DNA from: a plasmid
Strand: one strand, 5' to 3'
Length of the DNA stretch: 21,970 nt
Sequence record: NZ_CP014059.2
Positions 7,281 to 15,034 of this stretch are shown here, in pieces; positions within the stretch are counted from its first letter, which is position 1; every line of letters starts with the position of its first letter. The translations under genes and the position numbers were made by a program. Under the pieces are notes generated by a model. That model did no database searches. It worked only from the letters and a program-made list of their open reading frames with translations, and was not told the origin of the DNA.

Positions 7281-8565
7281 CTGGCTTGCCAGCTCGATAC
7301 CAGCTCGCCCGGCTCATACCGAGGGCTTCCCAAGGCTTCTGCCGGCTCAAGGAGCGGCTTTCGTAGGTTTGCCGATCTACCGCCCCAGCAGCCCGCCGGC
7401 GGGCCGTGTGGCGCTCTCTGTCGCGCTCCTTCGCCATATCCGAGCTGATGAGCGTGCGGAGCTTGCGCTGTTCCTCGTCGGTGATCTGGAACAGGCTGAT
7501 GATGGTGTCGTTCTTGGGCGTGTAGAGCGGGGAAAGCTGCTTGCCGCCGAACTCCACTTTCTCGCCGGCCTCGTGCGCCTTTGCCTTGGCGTACAACGTC
7601 ATCAGCTCCTTGGAGCGATACGACCAGGCCGGATCAAGCTCGCCGGCCAGCGCGGCCGCCTCGTGGTACATCTGCCCGCTGTGCGTAGCACCAGACAGCA
7701 GCAGGAAGTTGAGACGCCAGAAAAGATGCTGCATCCGCTCGCCTTCCCTGACGCCACCGCGCAGCTCGGCCAGCTTGCGCAAGTCCTCCAGGCGATCCCA
7801 TGCGAGCTGCCGACCGGAGAAGCCGCGCAGGTTGTCGGCCTTGCCGCCTGGCAATAGCTTGAGCTGCCGGCGTTCGGCACGGTCGCGGCGTTGCTGCTCG
7901 ATGTCCCAGCGGGCTACTGGCAGCAGCATTTCAGCCAGGTACTCGAAACCGTAGCGGACGGGCTGGCCGTCCTGGCCGTGCTCGACATGCACCACGCGGC
8001 ACACATCGCCGCTCTTGGTATTCACGGTGCTGACCAGGCGCAGCACGCGGCTTGCGTCCTTGGCCTGGGGGTCGGCGCCGAGGCCGGCCAGGCGATCGAC
8101 AAGATACCGCTGGCAGGCGTTCCAGCGCGGCAGCGCCTGGCGCGGCAAGGTGCCGTCCAGCAGCCACTTGGCTTGTATGCCGCGGCCGCTATAGACCAGC
8201 AGCGAGGGCGTGGGGATGCCTTCCTGGGCGCAGTGGTACAGCACGGTGGCCGCCAGTTGCTCCGGCGTCCTGCCGGTGGCCCACGGCTGCCGGTAGGTGT
8301 CCAGGTCGGCGAACAGCAGCCCGACACGCGCCAGATTCACCACGCGCCGGTTAGGGCGCATGAACTCGGCCTGCGTCAGCCAGGTGTCGCGGGTCTGATC
8401 GACCATGCCCAAGATCGTGGGCATGTCTGTGAGCCTGTATGAGTCTTGCCGCTTGTCCTTCCCTACCGCGACCAGGAGCGAGAAAAAGCCCGTCCTGGCC
8501 GTGTCATGGTAGGTGCCGGCCTCGTCGGCCGGCTCGAACAAGGCAAGTTGTGCCTGTCCTGCCAT
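7183..8565 (-). CDS. Replication initiator with archaeo-eukaryotic primase-polymerase (PrimPol) motifs (about 460 aa from the ATG at 8565); not TrfA
   Basis: PrimPol motif I is VGLLFADLD, motif II is YSGRGIQAKWLL and motif III is VLRLVSTVNTKSGDVCRVV. N-terminal QLALF resembles the QL[SD]LF beta-clamp motif. An AAGGGG Shine-Dalgarno lies upstream. The promoter region carries a KorA operator. Confidence 0.6.
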   Translation of the reverse strand: MAGQAQLALFEPADEAGTYHDTARTGFFSLLVAVGKDKRQDSYRLTDMPTILGMVDQTRDTWLTQAEFMRPNRRVVNLARVGLLFADLDTYRQPWATGRTPEQLAATVLYHCAQEGIPTPSLLVYSGRGIQAKWLLDGTLPRQALPRWNACQRYLVDRLAGLGADPQAKDASRVLRLVSTVNTKSGDVCRVVHVEHGQDGQPVRYGFEYLAEMLLPVARWDIEQQRRDRAERRQLKLLPGGKADNLRGFSGRQLAWDRLEDLRKLAELRGGVREGERMQHLFWRLNFLLLSGATHSGQMYHEAAALAGELDPAWSYRSKELMTLYAKAKAHEAGEKVEFGGKQLSPLYTPKNDTIISLFQITDEEQRKLRTLISSDMAKERDRERHTARRRAAGAVDRQTYESRSLSRQKPWEALGMSRASWYRAGKPAAPASETSPSVLQAQAADLASIAGSDEGGHNA

Positions 8566-8630
8566 AACCCCTTCCCGCACGGAATCCGCGCGTGACTCTT
8601 GCCATTGAAGGGGTCAGGCCGTAGAATGAG

Positions 8631-8642
8631 GTTTAGCTAAAC
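8631..8642. promoter_or_regulatory. KorA operator (OA) GTTTAGCTAAAC in the rep promoter region, flanked by 10-bp inverted repeats GAATGAGGTT (8624-8633) / AACCTCATTC (8668-8677)
   Basis: Exact 12-bp IncP-1 OA consensus, 66-77 bp upstream of the rep ATG. No korA gene is present in the window. Confidence 0.8.
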
Positions 8643-8730
8643 AGTCGTGGGTGCGGTTGAACCCATAACCTCATTCATCGGCTGTCGTGTCTATCAGCTC
8701 GCCAAAGCTGGTAGGCCCGGAACCCCCGCC

Positions 8731-8766
8731 AAAGCCCCGTCGCCAAACGGGGCTTTTGCATTTTTA
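8731..8766. terminator. Rho-independent terminator hairpin AAAGCCCCG-tcgccaaa-CGGGGCTTT followed by TGCATTTTTA; bidirectional
   Basis: Perfect 9-bp stem and a T tract. It lies at the 3' end of the minus-strand gene 8764..9078 and separates that gene from the rep promoter. Confidence 0.6.
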
Positions 8767-9078
8767 CGGCTCGATGCCGGTGCCACCCAGCAACTCGCCA
8801 CCTTTGCGGGTCAGCGTCTTGGGCTTCCACCCGGCCACGTCCGCCTCGAAGCGGTAGATGCCGTGCTGAATCAGCAACGACGCCGCCGCGTCAATCGTGC
8901 GGAAGTAGCGGGGGCCGCCCCGATACTGCCCAAGGATGCGATTTTCTCCGCCGATCCGAAGCGCCAGAACCAGGCCCTTCTCTGCAACGGTGACAGTCGC
9001 ACCCTGTACGCCGCCCACCAAAACGACCTCCTTAAATGCGGTCGGATTGATGACAGCCTTTGAATCAAACGTAATCAT
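8764..9078 (-). CDS. Hypothetical protein (104 aa), function unknown
   Basis: Real-gene codon bias. Its own promoter region (9079-9161) has a CATAAT -10 and overlaps the CTAGCTGCTA motifs. A terminator lies downstream. The opposite-strand ORF 8647..9063 has poor codon usage. Confidence 0.5.
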   Translation of the reverse strand: MITFDSKAVINPTAFKEVVLVGGVQGATVTVAEKGLVLALRIGGENRILGQYRGGPRYFRTIDAAASLLIQHGIYRFEADVAGWKPKTLTRKGGELLGGTGIEP

Positions 9079-9140
9079 GCCCCACCTTCGCAGCAGTGTC
9101 CAGCATTAACGAAAAATGCAGGTGTCGGTTTTCGATTATG

Positions 9141-9172
9141 TAGCTGCTACCTAGCAGCAAACTAGCTGCTAG
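9141..9172. promoter_or_regulatory. Three alternating-orientation copies of the TAGCTGCTA motif (TAGCTGCTAcCTAGCAGCaaaCTAGCTGCTAG); putative operator
   Basis: It overlaps the parG stop and the promoter of gene 8764..9078. The same motif is at 2153-2180 and 10131-10141. Confidence 0.5.
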
Positions 9173-9491
9173 ATTGTTCGTAATGGTCAAGGGCCTTTTC
9201 CAGTATCTCGACCAGCAGCACACCTTCACGCTGCGCCAGGGCGCGGATGCGGGCATCCCATTCCGGCGTCACCCGCGTGGCGAACTGCACCGTGCGGTTC
9301 GTCTTGCGGGCGCTCCGGCCGTCGATCTTCTTGGCCGCCGGCGCTTGCGGTGGTGGGTTGGCGGCGGCCGGCCTGGCTACCGGTGCAACCTCCGGCGCGG
9401 TCAGGTTCGTGCTGGCCTCGTCCAGCGTCGGCGGTGCGCCCAGCTCGTCGCGCCGGCCTTTCAATTTCTTGAGCTTGGATACGTCAGCCAT
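9162..9491 (-). CDS. parG: ParG-like ribbon-helix-helix centromere-binding protein (109 aa) with a flexible basic N-terminal tail
   Basis: C-terminal RHH is RTVQFATRVTPEWDARIRALAQREGVLLVEILEKALDHYE. It overlaps the upstream parA by 8 nt. Confidence 0.7.
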   Translation of the reverse strand: MADVSKLKKLKGRRDELGAPPTLDEASTNLTAPEVAPVARPAAANPPPQAPAAKKIDGRSARKTNRTVQFATRVTPEWDARIRALAQREGVLLVEILEKALDHYEQSSS

Positions 9492-10116
9492 TTGTCACCC
9501 GGTCGATGAGCGATTGAATGAGTGTGTCGGCCCGCTCGTTCAGGCCCGCAAAGCGGGTTTCTGTGATGCTGTGGCCGGTGTTTTGCGCCTGGCGGTAGGC
9601 CGGCCGGTCGCGCAAGCTCCCATCCAGGACGGTGTAGCCGGCCTGCTGTAAATAGACCCGCGCCGCGACCTCTTCCGCCGGCGTGCCGATGCGGTTGAGG
9701 GCGAACGCCAGGCGGTCGTTCGGGACACCGGCCTTCGTCAGCGCGTGGAACTCGCGCACGGCCGGAATGAGGTCATCCCTCGATGCGCCGGACGGCTGCA
9801 CGATCAAATCGGCAGCGCGGGCTATGTCGAGCGTCGCCGAGCTGGTGCGGGCCGGCCCGTCGATGATGAGAAGGTCGTAACCCTTGGCCGCTTCCAGGGC
9901 CTGCGCGGCCGTGGCGAACGCCTCGACGGACACCACGGGTTCAATGCCCTGGGAAAGCCGCAGGCGGTGCCAATCGACAGCAGTTCCCTGCTGTGTATCC
10001 AGGTCTGCTACCTTCACGCGCAAGCCGCCGGCGGCCGCTTCGCGTGCAAGGGCACGCGCCAGGGTGGATTTCCCTACGCCGCCCTTCTGTGAGACGAATG
10101 CGACAATCGCCGCCAT
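9484..10116 (-). CDS. parA: Small ParA/ParF-type partition ATPase (210 aa)
   Basis: Deviant Walker A VSQKGGVGKST. The size and the parA-RHH operon structure match type Ib partition systems. Confidence 0.85.
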   Translation of the reverse strand: MAAIVAFVSQKGGVGKSTLARALAREAAAGGLRVKVADLDTQQGTAVDWHRLRLSQGIEPVVSVEAFATAAQALEAAKGYDLLIIDGPARTSSATLDIARAADLIVQPSGASRDDLIPAVREFHALTKAGVPNDRLAFALNRIGTPAEEVAARVYLQQAGYTVLDGSLRDRPAYRQAQNTGHSITETRFAGLNERADTLIQSLIDRVTNG

Positions 10117-10124
10117 AATTTAGC

Positions 10125-10192
10125 CCCTATCTAGCTGCTAGGTAGCAACGATTATAAGATAGAAGCTAGATACAAGATAGTAGCTAGATAGA
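10125..10192. repeat. Centromere/operator-like array upstream of parA: CTAGCTGCTAG, then repeated AGATAG and CTAGATA units
   Basis: Clustered short direct repeats lie between the parA start (10116) and the KorB operator. A TATAAT -10 (10151-10156, minus strand) is embedded in them. Confidence 0.5.
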
Positions 10193-10193
10193 T

Positions 10194-10206
10194 TTTAGCC
10201 GCTAAA
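10194..10206. promoter_or_regulatory. KorB operator (OB) TTTAGCCGCTAAA
   Basis: Exact consensus. It overlaps the resolvase stop codon and lies 78 bp upstream of the parA start. Confidence 0.8.
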
Positions 10207-11107
10207 GTTTGCGCCGCCGCGCCCGCTCGGCGTCTGCCAGGTCGCCGGGCCACGTCGCCAGCTCGTCATCGGTGAGGGCCGCCAGGATTTGCGGCAGGTT
10301 TTGGGTTCGGTACGGGGGCATCGGCAGATCGGCGACTGGGCCTTCATCGTCCAGAAAAGCCGGCTCGGGCAGCTCGGCCGCGCCCTGCTCCACGTCGGCC
10401 GCCGCGCCGGCGTCGGCCTCGGTCAATGCGTCCTCCACGAAAGCGCCATGCCTGGCCGCCTCGGCCCGGCTCATGTCACGGCTGGCCCAAATCCGTTTGA
10501 CCTGGGCCACGCTGCACCCGGCCAGCTTGGCAGTCTCCGCGATGCTCTGGCCGATGCTGCGCAACGCGATCACCTGGGCGCGCAGCTTCGGATCGGCCCG
10601 CCGGCCCTTGTAGCGGCCGTCCCGCTTCGCCAGCTCGATGCCCTGGCGCTGCCGCTCGCGCCTGTCCTCGTAGTCGTCGCGGGCCATCTGTAGGGCCAGC
10701 TTCAAAAGCATGTCCTGGACGGATTCCAGGACGATCTTGGCGACGCCCTGGGCCTCGGCCGCCAGGTCGGATAGATCGACCACGCCAGGGACGGCCAGGC
10801 GCGCACCCTTGGCCCGGATCGAGGCCACCAGGCGCTCGGCCTCGGGCAAGGGTAGGCGGCTGATGCGGTCGATCTTCTCGGCAATGACCACCTCGCCCGG
10901 TTGCAGGTCGGCCACCATGCGCAGCAGCTCGGGCCGGTCAGCGCGTGCGCCGCTGGCTTTCTCGCGGTAGATGCCGGCGACGTAGTACCCGGCGGCCTTC
11001 GCGGCCGTGATGATCCCTTCCTGGCGTTCAAGGTCTTGCGCGTCGGTGCTGACGCGCAGATAGACCCGCGCCACCATCGGCGCGGCTGCTGGCTTCGTCC
11101 TGCTCAT
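10202..11107 (-). CDS. Serine recombinase / resolvase (301 aa from ATG 11107, AAGGAG Shine-Dalgarno) with a long acidic C-terminal extension
   Basis: N-terminal catalytic motif YLRVSTDAQDLERQ. The HTH is GQSIAETAKLAGCSVAQVKRIW. It is divergent from the TA module across the res region, like the RK2 par/mrs layout. Confidence 0.85.
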   Translation of the reverse strand: MSRTKPAAAPMVARVYLRVSTDAQDLERQEGIITAAKAAGYYVAGIYREKASGARADRPELLRMVADLQPGEVVIAEKIDRISRLPLPEAERLVASIRAKGARLAVPGVVDLSDLAAEAQGVAKIVLESVQDMLLKLALQMARDDYEDRRERQRQGIELAKRDGRYKGRRADPKLRAQVIALRSIGQSIAETAKLAGCSVAQVKRIWASRDMSRAEAARHGAFVEDALTEADAGAAADVEQGAAELPEPAFLDDEGPVADLPMPPYRTQNLPQILAALTDDELATWPGDLADAERARRRKL

Positions 11108-11125
11108 TCTGGCTCCTTTGGGCAT

Positions 11126-11181
11126 ACCTGAATGCGCCTATCGTAGCCCGGAAGGCTCATTTATCAAAGAACGATCTATAT
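11126..11181. promoter_or_regulatory. Left part of the split res / divergent promoter region (the right part is 19292-19413)
   Basis: Related subsequences ATGCGCCTAtcgTAGC (left) and ATGCGCCTAGCTC (right) flank the Tn402-like insertion. The region lies between the resolvase and the divergent TA operon. Confidence 0.45.
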
Positions 11182-11337
11182 GTGTCGTTTTCAGAAGACG
11201 GCTGCACTGAACGTCAGAAGCCGACTGCACTATAGCAGCGGAGGGGTTGGATCCATCAGGCAACGACGGGCTGCTGCCGGCCAAAAGCGGTCTCTGGTCC
11301 CCCGTGTCCGGTCTTGACGACGAGGCACCGTAGTAGT

Positions 11338-12225
11338 TTAGAACCGGAGGGTTTCGCCATCCTCGGGAATCAGCACCCGTTGCTCAATTTTATGGTCTTG
11401 CACAAACTCACGCAGGGCCTTGCGGGTGAGTGACATGTGGTTCACCGCATCCATGTGCACGGCCACGATGGCCGCATGGGGCGCTGCCTTGGTGGCCTGG
11501 AGTGTGTCCTGCTTGCCCATGATGATGGGATGCTCCTCAAAGCCACTCACGAGCGCGCTCCCTGTGTTGAGGATCACCACGTCGGGCTTGTGCAGCTTCA
11601 GTGCCTGATCCACTTCCGGACGCCACACCGTGTCCCCCGCCACGTAGACCGTCTTTGCCTGCGGCGCCGCAAACACGACCCCCATGACCGGGCCCATGAA
11701 CGCCGCACGCGCGGGGTCGGCAAACCACAAATCCGTGCCGTGCTGACCGCCGGTCCTGCTCAGCTTCACACCCTTGAAGGTGGTGGAGCCGGTGAGCACG
11801 CGGACGTCCTGGAAGCCTTGGCTGCGAATGAGCTTGGCATCCGCTTCGTTCTGCGTGAAGACCGGCAGGCTCTTGGGGATCGCCTTTTGAGCGGCCTCAT
11901 CCCAATGGTCTGTATGGGTGTGGGTCACGACCACTGCTTCCACGCTGTCCAGCACATCCTTCACTGAAAAGGGCAGCGCGACCAAGGGGTTTCTCAGTTC
12001 GCTGCGGTAAGTGCCCGGGAAGCCGGGGAACGCCCCTTGGTCCGACAGCATCGGGTCGACCAGGAAGGTCGTGCCAGCAAAGTCGATCTTCACCGTGGCG
12101 TTACGGATCTGCTGCACTTTGACCGAGGTGCCGGTGACGGTTGCCGGTGCAGACCAGGCGGTTGCCGCAAAGGCGCCCAGCGACAGCGAGACCAGCAGGG
12201 GAGTGAAAGCTTTCATCGAGAACAT
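11338..12225 (-). CDS. Secreted MBL-fold metallo-hydrolase (start ATG 12225 or 12216)
   Basis: HxHxDH motif VVTHTHTDHWD. Signal peptide MKAFTPLLVSLSLGAFAATAWSA. Confidence 0.7.
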   Translation of the reverse strand: MFSMKAFTPLLVSLSLGAFAATAWSAPATVTGTSVKVQQIRNATVKIDFAGTTFLVDPMLSDQGAFPGFPGTYRSELRNPLVALPFSVKDVLDSVEAVVVTHTHTDHWDEAAQKAIPKSLPVFTQNEADAKLIRSQGFQDVRVLTGSTTFKGVKLSRTGGQHGTDLWFADPARAAFMGPVMGVVFAAPQAKTVYVAGDTVWRPEVDQALKLHKPDVVILNTGSALVSGFEEHPIIMGKQDTLQATKAAPHAAIVAVHMDAVNHMSLTRKALREFVQDHKIEQRVLIPEDGETLRF

Positions 12226-12285
12226 GGGGGACACCCGCGTTGAGTTGAAGAGGCCTCCATGGTCGTGTCTCTCGCCCCTTTGTAG

Positions 12286-12306
12286 AATTGACCCAAGCGT
12301 CAATAT
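12286..12306. promoter_or_regulatory. Inverted repeat ATTGAC-N6-GTCAAT in the divergent MBL / GlxA intergenic region; putative operator
   Basis: Perfect 6-bp arms at 12287-12292 and 12299-12304, between divergent starts 12225 and 12341. Confidence 0.35.
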
Positions 12307-12340
12307 TCGAAAGAATTGGGCCACTTCACCCAGGAGCTTC

Positions 12341-13297
12341 ATGTCAAAGCGACTTCCCCTCGTGGCCCTCGTGAGCTACCCGCACTTCAGCCCGTTTCAC
12401 TTTGGCGTGCCGTTCTTGATCTTCAGTGCGCAGTTGCCCGAGCAGGCGCTGTTCGATCTGAAGATCGTCACGCCAGGCGGCACCGCGCTGGCGGCCGAGC
12501 GGGCCTTGTTCGTCCAACCCGATGGCGGGCTGGAGTTGCTGGCCAAGGCTGACATCGTCGTGATCCCCGGTTGGCATGATCTGGCCGAGCGTCCTGAGCC
12601 CGAGCTGATAGCCGCCTTGCGCCAGGCCCGCCAGCGGGGTGCCCATGTGGTGGGGCTGTGCTACGGCGCGTATGTCCTCGCCTATGCGGGCTTGCTGGAT
12701 GGCAAACGCGCATCCACACACTGGATGGCGGAGCAGGATTTCAAGCTGCGCTTTCCGCAAGTGCAACTGGACATGAATGCGCTGTATGTCGATGACGATG
12801 GCCTGATCACATCGGCGGGAACAGGGGCGGGCCTGGACTGCTGCCTCTACATCGTGCGCAAGTTCTACGGCCAGAAAACGGCCAACAAAGTCGCCCGGAT
12901 GATGGTGGTGCCGCCTCACCGCGAAGGAGGACAGGCTCAGTTCATTGAACAGCCGCTTGCCCCTTCCACGCAAGATGCCAGGATCAATCAGTTGCTGGAC
13001 CATTTGCGCCAGCACCTGAACCAGGTCCACTCGGTCGATGCGCTGGCCCAACGCGCCGCCATGAGCCGGCGCACGTTCACGCGCCACTTCAGCAAGGCGA
13101 CCGGCATGTCGTTGGGAGACTGGCTCATCAACGAACGCCTGCAGCGGACCCGAGAGCTGCTGGAAAGCACCACCTTGCCGGTGGAAGCCATCTCTGACCT
13201 GGTCGGATTTCAGAACCCGACCTCGCTGCGTCAGCACTTCAAGCGCAGAAACCAGGTCAGTCCCAGTGAATGGCGAAGAACCTTTGGGCGCGCGTGA
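12341..13297 (+). CDS. GlxA/FtrA-type transcriptional regulator: DJ-1/PfpI (class I glutamine amidotransferase-like) domain plus C-terminal AraC HTH (318 aa)
   Basis: AGGAG Shine-Dalgarno 5 nt upstream of ATG 12341. Nucleophile elbow VGLCYGAY. C-terminal AraC-type HTH. The long upstream ORF extension (from 12011) is rejected. Confidence 0.75.
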   Translation: MSKRLPLVALVSYPHFSPFHFGVPFLIFSAQLPEQALFDLKIVTPGGTALAAERALFVQPDGGLELLAKADIVVIPGWHDLAERPEPELIAALRQARQRGAHVVGLCYGAYVLAYAGLLDGKRASTHWMAEQDFKLRFPQVQLDMNALYVDDDGLITSAGTGAGLDCCLYIVRKFYGQKTANKVARMMVVPPHREGGQAQFIEQPLAPSTQDARINQLLDHLRQHLNQVHSVDALAQRAAMSRRTFTRHFSKATGMSLGDWLINERLQRTRELLESTTLPVEAISDLVGFQNPTSLRQHFKRRNQVSPSEWRRTFGRA

Positions 13298-13513
13298 GCT
13301 TTGTCTGCTCCGGGCGGGACAGCGTCATCCAGCTACCTGCGCCACTGACTCAGCCTTGTCCAGCCGGCCGCGCCGCACGAACAGACTGACCAGCCGTTGA
13401 CGGATCGCCACCTGGAGTTCCGCCAGTTGTTCCGGCGTGATGCGAATTTCACCCGCTCGACGAGCGCAACACCGGCGCCGCCTACGCCAAGAACCGGCGA
13501 ATCGAACTCAAAC

Positions 13514-14368
13514 TCACGAACCGCTGAGCGCCGCGTCACCGCGCTGCTGCGCCAGCCAGTCGCGCGGGGCGCAGCCCATGCGCACGCGGAAGGCGCGCGC
13601 CAGAGCGTTCGGGCTGCCGTAGCCGACGCGGTCGGCCACCACCGCCACCGGCCGCCCCTGCTTGAGCAGGGTGCAACTGACGTTCATCCGCCAGTCGGCC
13701 AGATAGTCGCCCGGCGTGACGCCCACCGCGTCCTTGAACGCGGCGGCGAAGCGCGCGCGTGACATGCCCGCCTTCGCCGCCAGCGCCTCGAGCGACCACG
13801 CGGTCTGCGGCGCATCGTGCATGGCGGTTATGGCGCGCGCGAGTTTCGGGTCGGCCAGGCCCGCCAGCAGTCCGGTGGCGCCAAGCCGCCCATCCATCAG
13901 ATAACGCAGCAACTGGATCAGTAGCAACTCGCACAAGCGGTCGATGGCGGCCTGCCGACCGCACTGGTCGCGCTCGGCTTCGGCAAACAGCAACTCTAGC
14001 GTCGGCCCGAGGCCGGGCAAGTCCGCCAACGGAATCAGCAGCATCGACGGCAAGGCCATGGCCAACGGATTGCCCGTCGAAGCGCCCAGGTCGACCTCCG
14101 CACACAACTGCTCAGCGGTATCGCCGGGGGCGGCGACAAAACGATGCGACGCCACGCGCGGATAAAACAGCAGGCTCGGCTCGGTAACCAGCAGATCTTC
14201 ATGCACGGGCGAACGCGCCGTAATCGGGCCGCGCCGCACCAGATGGATATAGCCATGCGGCGCCGCGTAATGATGCTGCCCACAGAAGGCGCCGCTGTGA
14301 AAAACGCGCGCCGAAAGCGAGTAGTGCCGGAGCAAGCCGGCCAGTCGATCCGCCATTCCACTCTCCAT
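13514..14368 (-). CDS. AraC-family transcriptional regulator (N-terminal cupin-like domain plus C-terminal HTH); start 14368 or 14356
   Basis: C-terminal AraC HTH signature ..ARAFRVRMGCAPRDW... It is divergent from the AhpD-like / cyt P460 operon. Confidence 0.75.
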   Translation of the reverse strand: MESGMADRLAGLLRHYSLSARVFHSGAFCGQHHYAAPHGYIHLVRRGPITARSPVHEDLLVTEPSLLFYPRVASHRFVAAPGDTAEQLCAEVDLGASTGNPLAMALPSMLLIPLADLPGLGPTLELLFAEAERDQCGRQAAIDRLCELLLIQLLRYLMDGRLGATGLLAGLADPKLARAITAMHDAPQTAWSLEALAAKAGMSRARFAAAFKDAVGVTPGDYLADWRMNVSCTLLKQGRPVAVVADRVGYGSPNALARAFRVRMGCAPRDWLAQQRGDAALSGS

Positions 14369-14473
14369 ATAAGACGATAGGTTACGTATTTGATACTTTA
14401 CGTGCCATATCGTACCAAACAAAGGGCGATCATGCCCACGTGCTCTTGCACCTCACCCACTACGGAGATAGAC

Positions 14474-15007
14474 ATGACCCAAATCGCCCCCCTGACCATC
14501 GACACCGCTGACGCCGCTACCGCTGCCACACTCAAGGCCGTCAAAGCCAAGCTTGGCATGGTGCCGAACCTGTTCGCCACGCTGGCCCACGCGCCGGCGG
14601 CGCTCAATGGCTACCTCGGCTTGTCCGAAACGCTGGGCACCGGCCGCCTGAATGCCTCCCAGCGCGAGATCGTTGCGCTCGCTGCCGCTCAAGCCAATCG
14701 CTGCCAGTATTGCCTGAGCGCACACACCCTGATCGGCAAAGGTGCCGGACTGTCGGCAGAGGCCATCGCCGCGGCCCGCACCGGCCAGGCGGCCAACGCA
14801 CTTGACGATGCAATCGCCGGCTTTGCCCGCGCGCTGGTCGAGCAACGCGGCGTGGTGTCGGCCGACGCCATGGCCAACTACCGCCGCGCGGGGCTCGACG
14901 ACGGCCTGATACTGGAAGTGATCGCCAACGTCGCGCTGAACACGCTCACCAACTACACCAACCACATCGCCGACCCCACGGTGGATTTCCCCGTGGTCGC
15001 CGTCTGA
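14474..15007 (+). CDS. Carboxymuconolactone decarboxylase (CMD) / AhpD-like family protein (177 aa)
   Basis: GGAG Shine-Dalgarno 7 nt upstream of the ATG. CxxC..H core motif RCQYCLSAHT typical of AhpD/CMD. Confidence 0.7.
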   Translation: MTQIAPLTIDTADAATAATLKAVKAKLGMVPNLFATLAHAPAALNGYLGLSETLGTGRLNASQREIVALAAAQANRCQYCLSAHTLIGKGAGLSAEAIAAARTGQAANALDDAIAGFARALVEQRGVVSADAMANYRRAGLDDGLILEVIANVALNTLTNYTNHIADPTVDFPVVAV

Positions 15008-15034
15008 TCTCCATAGGCATATAAGGAGAACACG

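Noticed and set aside
7183-8565. Initial idea that Rep is a divergent TrfA (local resemblance LALFE..HDTAR vs TrfA LSLFD..NDTAR)
   Set aside because: No similarity beyond that short stretch. The protein instead shows the three PrimPol motifs. The QLxLF resemblance is better explained as a generic beta-clamp-binding motif.
8647-9063. 138-aa plus-strand ORF starting just after the KorA operator (tempting as a korA analogue)
   Set aside because: Poor third-position GC and rare codons, GTG start, no HTH. The overlapping minus-strand 104-aa ORF has real-gene codon bias, a promoter and a terminator.
11182-11290. Possibility that IRi belongs to a complete class 1 integron
   Set aside because: Only about 100 bp of integron-type sequence follows IRi. 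No intI1 or attI is present, and an MBL-hydrolase gene begins at 11338.
12011-13297. 428-aa version of the GlxA/AraC ORF
   Set aside because: The N-terminal 110 codons are antisense to the MBL gene and have no Shine-Dalgarno. ATG 12341 has an AGGAG Shine-Dalgarno and starts the conserved DJ-1 domain.
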